A stretch of 64,000 bases of DNA, from positions 58,900,001 to 58,964,000 of the forward strand of contig CM060733.1 in assembly GCA_030704615.1 (NCBI GenBank), given 5' to 3'. This DNA comes from Takakia lepidozioides (lineage: Eukaryota; Plantae; Bryophyta). The notes beneath the pieces are model-generated. The model saw only the letters and a list, made by a program, of their open reading frames with translations. It did no database searches and was not told where the DNA came from. Of the stretch, positions 1-11,500 are shown piece by piece; the stretch's first letter is position 1, and each line of letters starts with the position of its first letter. A program made the position numbers and the translations under genes.

Positions 1-59
1 TTGCTGTGGATGCATCTGTAACATTGTCCACCATAGCAGGAAGGGGGCCATCTGAATTG

Positions 60-2140
60 TGAAGTTGGACGATTGTTTCCACTTCAGGCTGTACCAAATC
101 ACCTGCACGCGGAGGGCTACCCATGTTCTTGGAGGCAATGTCAGCCGCATCCACCAACACGTGGATATTTGTATCCCCTGTGGGGTAGCGGGGAGGCGAT
201 CCATTGCCTACTCTGGGAAGGAGAAGCAACCCCAGCGCTACACGAGTGCGTATTCTGTGGCACCCCAGCCTGGCAAGAGCAACAGCATCTGCAGATTTTT
301 GCGCACATTGGAACGCCTCATTGACTTCAGAGTCATTGTAATCAAGAGAGCCTACACAAGTCCAGGTGGAGTACACTTAAGCACCTCTTCCATTTCAAAG
401 CAGCTCACATACTTATGCGTACAAAGAAGACATTGTAAAAACATCCACATTGCAATGACTATCGTGCAAAGGATGGACATTTCACCTACCTGGATCCCGA
501 CCAATCCAACCCAAGTCAAGATCTTCTTGATACTTCAAGGCAACTTTGAAATCCTGGAGGGCCAAGTATCAACACCATGTCCTGGCAGTCCCACCCCACA
601 CCACAAGACCTCAAAGGAAGTAGGGTTACAAATGGCAAGGACTTGTGCAGCCCTGTATCCGACTCCGTGTATGAACTCATTCATGGAATCCAATACACGC
701 AACCGGTCCTCTTCTTGCCGGTCAACAAAGTCATGTGCAGTTTTGAGCACCCCCCTCTTGACCTCCTCATAGGGGGGCATGCCACCATACAGTAACTGTC
801 CAAATGACATGAAATTCACTACAACATTTCTAATCGCAATCTTACCCTCGCTGGTGTACAGAAGTTGCTCAAGGAGTACATGCAACACCGAGTTCTTGGG
901 TGTGGACAGGGGAGTAGACGCATCAACGTGGCACATCTAAATCAAGCGCAAAACCCGCATGAAAGGGGGCACACGGGGGCTCTCCCACGGGTTCGTTGAT
1001 GACGATAGAAGGTCCATGAGCCTGTGGGCTTCTTGTTTCGAATGATTGTAAATATTAGGCATGTCTGGGAATTCAACCATCTTGAGAATTCTGAATAAGG
1101 GTGACCAGCCCCATTTAGCCTCGTCTAATTCATCATATGTTACCCTCTCCCATTTGGCCATGCCAGCCTTCACATACTAACGTCTTCAAGCCTCCAACGC
1201 AGCCAGAGCTGCAACCTCCTTCACTTCGTAATCATTGAGAGCAGCTCTATATTTGTTGTACTCGACAACCGCGACGCATTCACTGTACCGGCCAGCATGG
1301 TCGGGAGTGAAACCAGGATGTTTGGCAAACAAATTTAATGTCTTCTTCAAAAGCTCCATAAGCTCAGGGGGCGGTCCACCATGCTACGACCACAGTCGTG
1401 CGCCAGGAAGGACCCCACATTAGCATAGAACGGAATAGAACGAATGACAGTGAAGGATAAAAAGCATGCACCGGACAACAATATGTCATGGATGCAAACC
1501 AAATGCTTCATGTCCAATTACAAGTAATACAATATAATGAACACAGTCCCAATTCCGTGATGTGCAAAACACCTATTCAAAATGCAGAATGCATGGAGGT
1601 TCCAGTATGATTGAAGTCACCACCATTCCATAAATTTGGGCAGAAGATGCAGGGCGCAGTGAAATGAATGCATGGGATATAGTCGCAGCAGAAGCATGTA
1701 TCCATAAGCATGACAAAAAATGATTGGAAGTAAAATTGTTGAGGGTGAGAAGGGGACATACCATGAATTTCATAAACCATCTACCGTAGGCACCCATCAT
1801 ACTGTCAGCAAAATCAGGGGTCCCCGAAAGGTCCACAAGTCTGCGGTAAAATTCAGAGTCGTCGGGCGAAACGAATCCAGGAGGCAATAGATTGAAGTCC
1901 ATGAGGTAGCTAAGGCCTGGCCGTGAACAACAACGGGTCTGGGTGGAAAAGCAACATCAGACCGCAATCTCAAAACAGCAACTTGAAATGCCTCTGTGGC
2001 CTCATCTCTATTCAGATCCCTAACACTAGAAGGAAAAACGGCTTTTTCCACGGCTCTGCCATCTCACACCTGGCACATTCCACGGCTTTTATCACGGGTC
2101 TGTACACTAAGCCAAGGTGTGGGTCTAAATATGCCCTAAC
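60..2140 (-). pseudogene. Degraded multi-exon ORF of unknown family, apparently inside the CACTA element
   Basis: Minus-strand ORFs 1797-2051, 1573-1902, 937-1173 and 535-936 read as one protein-like sequence broken by stops or frameshifts (937-1173 and 535-936 are in frame and separated by one stop). GT-AG boundaries near 1760 and 490. No recognisable domain. Confidence 0.5.
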
Positions 2141-3902
2141 TGTGGGGTGTCTGACATGTGGTCCACACCCCAGGCAAGAACGGTGTGAAAACAGCCATGA
2201 GTGTGGCAGGGGTTGGCTTAGTTTACATGGCATGTTACACACCTGTGTGAAATGGGAACATACAATTAACAAAAAACACAAGAAATGGGAACATACACAA
2301 GAAGGAGCCTGTGGCCTACTTTTGGTGCCTTGCAAATTGCAATAAGAGGCTCCGATCTGTTGGCAAGAAGTACCCGTTGCTCCACGATTACTCCCTGTGG
2401 TACACATTGACTGGCCTTCCATGCCCTCTCGGATGAGCACGATGTCATGGTGATCATGGATCGAGGTGAGCGAGGATATACATAGTGTCATTGACATACA
2501 CCGCAATGTAGATTCATGCACTGTAGCTTCCCGCAATCGTCTCATGCATGACGTTTTTGCTTCAGTTTTCAGCGTTGGTACTTGTGACGGTGTGATGGTT
2601 TGGGGGTGAAGCAGTAGCAATGCAGAGACTATCCACATTTCAGCCTGCGTACATTATCCTTTTGGGTTTTGCCTCAAGTTTATGTACTTAACTGGCCTCT
2701 CCTGTCAAAAACTGAGTGTCCCCTGTATGACGTTCAGCTTGCCTCTTGTTATCTACTTCTCAGTTTTTTCAACCATACTGCTTATGAATATGTAATACTT
2801 TTGTTTCATGTGTGGTGCAACAACTTGGTAATGGGCGGTAAAATTACAAGTGCACATGTGGTGATGTCCACATTCAGAACAAATAACAGCACATCTGGAT
2901 GGTTGAAGGCATAGCGCCCATGAGCTTCCAGCTCTAGCAAGAAAGAGTTTTATTTTCGGAAGGACCAAATAATGTGGGGGGTTGCAAATCCATGCAAAGT
3001 ACACACCCATAATGTGGACTGGTAATTGGTGTCTGTAACACATAATGGTCTTTGGATTGCTCACCTCAAGCCCCCCATACAAAGTATGTATGTTTTTCAA
3101 AGAAAGGTCATCTCTACAATTCCAACTCGCAATCATGACAAAGCGGGGTGGTACATGCAGAGGGATGAAGCACCGAATCTCACAAACATGAGAAACAGAG
3201 AGAAATCACAAAGCAAAAGATCAACTTTGGCTATATAAGAATCTGGAATCTCCATGATTCTGAATTCATGGGTTCTGAGGTGCCACATACCTTCTTGTGA
3301 TTCATGAACATTCTCCTCCACCATCACATCGCCTCTAAATTGAGCAATGATAGAAGCCTCATCCCTGTCACAGTGATGGTTTTTAAACAAGCCAAAAAAA
3401 TAGAGTAACCGAGGAACGAGCCCTCTCTATGAGTAAGTCAAAGCCATCATAAATAGGGCCACATACTGTCATGTGCGGAGGAATTGAACCTGTAGCCAAC
3501 TGAATGGCTATGCCCCATGCATGGCTCTGCCCATGTGACCTGCAAGCACACAGTCATAAAAGTGGGGGTTTACGAACTTGCCAAATCCCAAGCATGAACA
3601 GAGGGGTCCCATTAGTGGGGAAGACATGTGAATCAGCATCCACAGTTGCAATGCCCATCAGATCCAACATGTGACTTGTTGTGCAGATTGTCCCCCGACT
3701 GCACCAAACCAGAACAAACATTATAAAGAAGTACATCCCCAACACATTGCACCCAACCCCCACAATCTAAACACAGGGAAAATAGAGAGGGGGAGGGAGG
3801 AGCAGAGGCATCCGAATTCAGTTCGTAGCTAGAGAGTAAGTAAGGCATGGATGTGGGCAGGGGGGGAGATAGTAGAGAGGTGGACTAACAACTGAAGCAA
3901 CC

Positions 3903-4210
3903 AAAATGCCAACATGACGCTATTGCCCTTTTACCAGGAATCATCTTCCTCGCTGCTACATTCACAGGGAAAATAACCGCAACAAGTGGATGCTGCAGCA
4001 CAGGATGTCCGCTGATTTGGGACTCAAAATGCGCCTCAGTGTGCCACTCAAAATGTCATATAATGCATATGTCATTTTACCAGGCCAGTGGCTGAAGCAC
4101 AGGGTGTCCAGTGATTTGGAACTGAAAATGTCACTCAGTGTGTCAATTAAAATGTCAACATGACGCTATTGTCCTTTTACCAGATGTAGTCATCTTCATC
4201 GCTACTACTT
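3903..4210. repeat. Imperfect local duplications around the TnpD stop
   Basis: AAAATG(C/T)CAACATGACGCTATTG(C/T)CCTTTTACCAG at ~3903 and ~4150; GCACAGG(A/G)TGTCC...AAAATGTCA at ~3998 and ~4098. Confidence 0.75.
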
Positions 4211-7200
4211 TCACTACATTCATGGTCAGTGTTGCAATCCTCACTATCTCGGTGCCATGGTTCGTCCCTTCGTGGCGGCCTCATCATAGCAATAGTAGCC
4301 ATCTCAGCTTCGGTAAGGGTCGTTGAAGGTCCAAATTCTGTGTTGGGATTCACATCCTCCAATGCCTCCGCCACTTGCATCCTTACGCATGACTCATTCT
4401 CACCCAAGCTGACACCAGTGACATCATGTACCATGCGCCATGAGCGCGGCTCCTTCTGAAGTACTACTTTCCAGTTACCAGCGTTGGAGGGCTCATCTGC
4501 AAAAAAAACTTGCTCGACTTGCCATGGAAATGTGAATGGTTCATCTCCCGGTGGCAACATGCGATCGAAGTCCACGAGTAGGAAACCATACTCATCCTTC
4601 TTCATGGTGCGGTTGCGACCTGTCAAGCTTGCTCTGACCCATTTACATATGAATACTACAGGAGTGACAGCACCATACTGAAGCTGTAAAATTTCACGAA
4701 CAACACCGACATATTGCAGCTGGTTCATGACAGGGTTACCATCCACACCCCTTCCCGTTGACTCTTCGGCAAAAATCTGTGCAACCCCAGAGTCGAATGT
4801 GACATGGTAATCAACCACACCTGTTTCCACCACTCTGTAGTGATTTCCGTATGCCCACATAGACCGAAATGAACGAGCAACAAACCCTGGTGGCTTACAC
4901 AGATGACGAATATTTGCATCATACGCTGCTCCTCTTGAAACAACATTTTGTACTGCCGACTGTATCCACATATGAAAAGCAGGCAAAGGCAACATGTTTT
5001 CGGGGTATGGAACGGTGCGTTGGTGTGCATTTCTCCCTTGGGTGGTGTATGTGGCTCGAAATTCGGCTCTGGCTGATTCAATGGTGGCATTCTCAATATC
5101 ATAAAGTCTGGTCATACTCAATTCACACTTAGTCAGGACCATAGTATGTACAAAGAGGCTGAGTGAAAATTGAGAATGCGCCAATTTTGTGTCCGGAAAT
5201 GGTTCCCAGAGTTAGCATGTGAAGCCAAATAAATGATGTATACTTACCTCAGAAACGGTCTCATGCACGCCGTGTTGTGAAGCACATAGTCGTGTGCACT
5301 AGCCCGAAGCTCAGCCGACAGTTTCCTTGGAGTTCCAAAGCCCTCTAATACTTCTCCCGCAACGCTTTCTTCTTCGTTGCAATCCCAGACCCTTCTACGA
5401 GTTCCTGGAAATGCAGCTATGTACTCTGTGAGGAGGCCAAGAGCCTCATCAACAGAATACCTCCTGGCCATGCAACCTTCTGGCCGGGCATAGCTCTTCA
5501 CATATCCCTTCAAATTTTTCATGTACCTCTCGATGGGGTACATCCAACGCGAACTAACAGGACCACAAACCTCCAATTCATTCACAAGGTGTAGCACAAG
5601 GTGGGTCATGAGATCGAAGAATGAGGGGGGAAACTCTTTCTCCAACAAACAAAGCGTTACAACCACATCCTCCTTCAGGGCTGGTAGTTCCTCGGGATCC
5701 ACTGTTTGCATGCACAATGCGCGAAATACACGAGATAGCTTCATGATTGCGAGCCTTGGACCTTTGCCCAACAAACCTCGAATGCACAAAGGTAGAACTT
5801 GTTGCATCAGTAGATGGTAGTCATGACTCTTCATGTGTGAAAGCTTGTTCTTAGCAATATGCTTCTTAAATGAAGCACCATACCCTGTCGGTGTCTTTAG
5901 AGCACCCAAAGTTGCATAGAAGGTAGTAGTTTCCTGTCGATTCAACACGTAAGGAGCCTGCGGCTTCACCAACTTCCTGCCATCTCCGGGGTGGGGTTTT
6001 AACCATAAGTGAGGTCGTATGCCCTCATTCTCCATGTCCTTCCTGCTCTTTACTGTGTCCTTTTCCCCCAATATGGTGCGCAATATGTTTTCAGAAATGT
6101 TTTTTTCACAGTGCATAACATCAAGGGTATACCGTATCAACAAATCCTGAAATCATGGAACCACCATCAATATGGTATACTTTGATGGTAAAGCCAAGAG
6201 ATGACATCTTAATAATGGGAAAAGGAAGAAACCAGCCTTGCATGCTGCAGACAGTATCCAGAGAGACAAAAGCCAGACATTTTCATGGAAACAACCATAT
6301 TGCTGCTACATGTGCCATACATAGGCGACTCCAAACTTGCTTCATGCAATTTGCATTAGGCTGAAATCTAAGTCGTGTGTGATGATCCTTACAACTGTAT
6401 CCATGCAACTATGAAATCAGCCCTGCCAACAAACAAACAATGAAGACATACCCACCTTCCAATATGGCAGGTTCCAAAGGATCGACCTTCGCTTCATGCC
6501 ATGGGATTTGGTAGGGCACACATTCCGACGACGGCTGCCAAATGTTTCCATGAACCTCTCGTTTTCCTCCGCATTTTGGAGCTGATCCACAGTGGATACT
6601 TGGGGGGGGGGGGGGGTTGTCTGTGATCGGAGGCTCCATTGAAGTGGTTGCGATTGCGTCTATATGGATGGCCTGCTGGTAAGAATTTTCTGTGCCCTTG
6701 GTACACCATTTTGCTCAGTGCACTGGAGTGCCTGGCATCAAGATTGGGCCCGCACACGGGACAAGCCTTGTAGCCCCCAACTGCACACCCTGCTAGCATG
6801 GCATATGCAGGATAGTCATGTACTGACCACATCAGAATGGCTCTCATGACAAAGGTCCTTGATCCTTCATTGCCAGATGCATCATTAGCCCTAACACCTT
6901 CCCACAACACGGTCAGCTCATCCACCAGAGGCTGCAAGAACACATCCGCATTGGTCTTCTTCACGGATGTCGGCCCTGGAATTAAGAGTGTAACATCATA
7001 AAAAAAGGCTTTGTGCTCAGCCAAGGAGGAAGGTTGTAGTTCATGAGCAAGACTGGCCACGTAGACCATTTTGTTGATTTATCACCAAAGGGATTGATAC
7101 CATCCCATGCCAGACCTAGTCGCAAGTTGCGAGGTTCAGCTGCAAAAGCAGGCCATGTATCGTCAATGTATTTCCATGCAAGGCTGTCAGGCGGGTGTCT

Positions 7201-8353
7201 CATCTTCCCATCTTGACTTTGGTTCTCCATGTGCCACACCATAAGCTTAGATATCTCCTTGCACTTGTACATGCGCTGCAGCCGGGAAATCAAGGGGAAA
7301 TGCCGCAAGACCTTCTGTGGAACCAACGTCTTCATGCCAGGGATGTACCGAGGCGCCCCACATTTAGGGCAAGATGGTGCATCCTGCAGATCTCCCCTGT
7401 ATAGCACACATCCCTTCTCACAAGCATGGATGCTATCGTAATTAAGCCCAGCTTTTGTTATAAGTTTCTTCGCTTCGTAATGAGATTTGGGCAAAAAGTT
7501 CCCTTTAGGCAATAGATGTCCGTGAAAAAGTTTCAGAAGCTCATCCATCGCTGCGTTTGTGACACCATGAGTAGCACTAACATTGAGCAAAAGCAACGTC
7601 GCACTCAAGCAGCTCGTGGGGCAGCCAACATACAGAGGTGTGGTTGCTTGATGCTGAAATTGGAAAGCAGCACCGTCATCCCCATCCCCATGACTTTGTC
7701 CATCATGATGGCGCTCGTTTTCTCCAAGCCCTTCATCCTCATTAATGGTGCTTTGCACATTATCTGCAACTGCAAATGTTTCCTGCAACATGCGAATGAT
7801 GTCGACGTCGGGGTCTAGATTCTCTCCACCACGAACAGGAACATGGCTAATCTGTCTTTCCACATCATCCTCAGGGGGGCTACGTTCTTCCACAAAGTCT
7901 TCGTCTTCGGAGTCGACACTCTCCACCTGCATGTTCACCTGCAAACTATAAGAGTATAGTCTTGTCCAAAATGTAACGTGTTGCATAAAACAGGGAATCT
8001 CCAAATTGACCGTGTTAGTTTCCAACAGTAGTCCACCGTACATGTACAGTGGAGGGCCGTTCAACTTACCATTCTAAGGGCTTCATCCTAAGTTATGTCT
8101 GCGAGAAGTGAGGCGAGAGATGCACGTCACTCACCATGGGATAACCCAACAGTGGATCCCGGTCATTGGCAAGCAAATGCAATTTGGCAGTTTCCACAAA
8201 TTGGAGTCGACCCCCATGGCAGTCATTGCAGGGACACATTATCTTTGAAATACCCAGTCTAGTTGCACGTCGTTCCTCGATTTGCCAAAGTCCTGCGTCA
8301 GTGTGGGGCACCGCAGTGCGGCGCCGGGTGTTTCTAGTTCCGGCCTCTCTCAT
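4177..8353 (-). pseudogene. CACTA TnpD transposase (transposase-associated domain, Transposase_21, DUF4218, DUF4216), spliced, with two frameshifts
   Basis: Motifs CPCNDC, IHACEKGCVLY, LRHFPL, FAAEPRNLRLGLAWDGINPF, HDYPAY, HGMKRRSILWNLPYWK|intron|DLLIRYTLDVMHCEKN, MKSHDYH, FPPSFFDLMTHLVLHL, WMYPIERYM, DEPFTFPWQVEQVFF. Frame breaks at ~6992 and in the G run at 6602-6616. Confidence 0.92.
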
Positions 8354-8579
8354 CCCCCACGAAACGCTTCTGGGTTTGGCTAGTTTTTGAAGTGGGAAGT
8401 CAGCGAGTGCTCGGATGTGGGGAACCTACGTTTGTGCTTGCAGGCATTGGAGTATTCGTATGGCGGGTCCACCTCCCCTCTGTTTCCTACATGCGCTCCT
8501 TCTATTGTTTGATCAGTAGATCATGGTAGTCTTGTTTGAGGTCGATTACTGCGATTTGAGCGACGAGGAGGAACCCGCC

Positions 8580-11500
8580 ATGGCACGGACACGCAAGGCC
8601 TCTACACCCGACACCCCTCCACGCACTGCCTACGAGGAAGAGCGAGAGAGGCGCATAGCGGCCAACAAGGAGACGTTGGCTCAGCTGAACATTGGGAGCG
8701 TTGCGCGCAGGTGAGCAGATCACCCTTGTCCTTAGTATGCATGCTACACAGGTAGTGAGTAGGGGTTTCCCACCACATTAGCCTACTGCTTTTCCCTCCC
8801 ATAGGTTTCATGGTGATGGCACTTTCACGATCGCCTTTTGTTTAGGGCAAGATTCACACAGGGTTTTGGAAATGTGTGCGCAGCATAGCTAGGAGTGTAC
8901 AACGGCCGACTAGGAGCTCCAAAGTTGTGTGGAACGGGCCTCCTCGACGAAGTGGGCGCTTGAAAGAACTAGCATTACCTTCGATGGCGGAGGAAGAGCC
9001 CGAGACTCCCCAGTCGGTGGGCTCTGAGGCAGAGGAACTCGACGAGTGTGATCAGGAGCTCGATGAGGATTACAACATAGATGACGACGACGATTCGGAG
9101 GAGGAAATGCACGAGGACATAGAGGAGGACGAGGATGGAGATGATGTGGACAAGGTATCAGATTTGGAGAACTACATCAGTGGTGCATGTGGACTGACCG
9201 AGCCTCCCAATGCAACGCATGCTCCGAGGGCACCAAAACGGCCAGCTCCTCTTCCACGAGAGGTAAGTGGGCATTTGCTGTACTGATTTCTTAGGTTTGT
9301 GGCAGGATTTGCATCTTCTTATTTGTTTTTCCTTTTGGTCCCAGCAGTTTTTTCCATTTTCCACTAGCAGGATGAAGCACCACTTTCTTGCCCTCTATAC
9401 CTCATGATACAGGGTTTATCTACTGTCTATTCCTTGGAACCCAAATCTGTTATTAAAGTCTTCTATACATTTTTCCATTTTGTGCCATGAGAAATGCAAC
9501 TCTGCAGATTGCTGACTCCCTCACAGGAGGTTCAAACTTGTGATGGCCTGTCTTAATACCCAAAAAGCGCAAAGGGGGTTGTGGGAGGGAGGGACCTGCA
9601 CAGGTAGGGGGCTGCATATTGTGGTGTCATGTTGCAACAAGAAAGAAATTGTAGTGGGAGAGGAGGAACCCCCAGGAGCACGATGGTAACCGCCTCATCA
9701 GCCAGCCATGTCCGAGAGGGGGCGCTCACGACTCTTCCTCCCCCATCTTCCTGCCCCCTCTATTGTCAAATGTTGATAATATGTGAAGCCATTATCAGCC
9801 ATTATCATATTGTACTCTCATTGATATGTACGATGGTCATCGGGGCCAGATTGTGCCTACAAGGGATTCCCCAAAGAACCCCGAAAGAGGGTCGAAACAT
9901 ACAAGGAGGACTTTCCCAGTGACGTTTGGCGTGTTCAATGGATCAGACCTAAATGCATTTTGGGTGCGATTTCTGCTGCATTCAGTGTATTATAGAGCGT
10001 GTTTTTTGTTGATGTATCCTACATGATGTTCATGCTTTATCTTCCTACATAACTCTTTCCCACATGTTGATTTGCAGGATCCAGTGAGAAAGAAGAAGGG
10101 AGTTGCTCCGGCAGGTGTCTTCAACCATCCCTCCCCACGTCTTCAACCAACCCCGGATGGAGGAGGCCCTCCCTCCTTTCCACGTAACACTGGTGCGTTT
10201 TATCCCCCTGGCATTCAGAGGTATGCACAGTATGAACAACAAACTGCTCATGTTCCAGCCGCCCCTGAAATTCACCCGCCCTTTTCTCAGTTGTACAATG
10301 CAAACAGAGGGGAGAACCGGTCATGTGCAGTTCCGTGTGGGGCATTTCCGCAAACTGGGGAAGCACAACATGCTCCTGTTCAGCATGGGCACTACCACAA
10401 AGGTGTGTGGTACCCTCACCCCAACCCTCCCCCACCTGCGCATCCTCCCCAGGCAACGTATCCCAGAAGCCCCATGTATACTGCGCCGTTGCATGGCCCT
10501 TATTCCAGGCAGCCCATAGCTTCACCCAATTGCAACGCTTCGCGGCGTCTTCAATTCCCAAGCTCACCAGCTCCAAGCACAGGTTATGTTCCTGCCCACC
10601 CCACACCCCACGTTGGTGCGTGGCAGGGTTCATGTCCGCCTGAAGGGCCCCATGTTGCAGGTTGTGAGGGAGGAGAGGAGGCCCGTGATTCCAATATGAC
10701 TCCAGATGCGCAACATTTGACTGGCAAGGACAGAGCCAATTTTTTGCGCAAGGCGAGGAGAGTAGCACGGAGAGGGTTGAAGGAAACGTCTTGTGCAAAT
10801 GTAGCTGCTGGGCAAAAGAGATTCATAGTTGCGTGTGGCAAAAAGGGCCCATGCGGGGATGCACGGAATGACTGGCTGGCAGCCCTGCGAGGGCAATGCC
10901 AACGTGTGCTAGACTGTTATGTGCCCATCCATCTTCAACCTCAAAGTCTGATTGACGAGGTGGGTGAACTATTAGCAGATGATTGGGAATATTTACCTCC
11001 TGGGATAACTGGCGCCCAACTTCGAACTGAGATTGGAGGCGTCATTAAATACCAGCGCATCAAACTGTTTAGAAAAGTGTACTCCCGTGGCAAACCTAAG
11101 CCCCACTATGTTGCGGACAAGACTTGGGCAGAACTTGTGAGGCATTGGAACACGCCCAAATGGCAAAAGAGTCGTGATAATGGCAAGCATGCACGGGGGC
11201 ATGTTGGTGCCCCTTCGAGATCTGGACGCAGTGGCCTTAGCGGCGTTGAGGAACGTCTGGTAAATCTGCCTGTCTCATGACATTGCCAATATATTCAGGT
11301 AGTGAGGTGTCTTGTCATTTGTATCTTACTCTTAGAGGATGGCATTCTCCCTGTCCTCTAGGATTCCTATTGACATTGGGTGGACTTGAAACGGGAGTAC
11401 ATTAATGTCTCTGTGACTAAATGCCGGCCTTGTGACCTCGTGTCCTTGTTTGTTTCGACCTGAAGCGCTTTGCTTCAGGTAAGGTAGTGCATTGGATTTA

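Noticed and set aside
59-772. 237-aa plus-strand ORF, and similar long antisense ORFs such as 10121-10798, 39955-40470 and 60699-61199
   Set aside because: They are shadows of opposite-strand coding regions or intronic sequence and have no protein motifs.
9362-9372. CACTAG as the left CACTA terminus
   Set aside because: No further match to the right TIR, no subterminal repeats, and it lies inside the TnpA gene.
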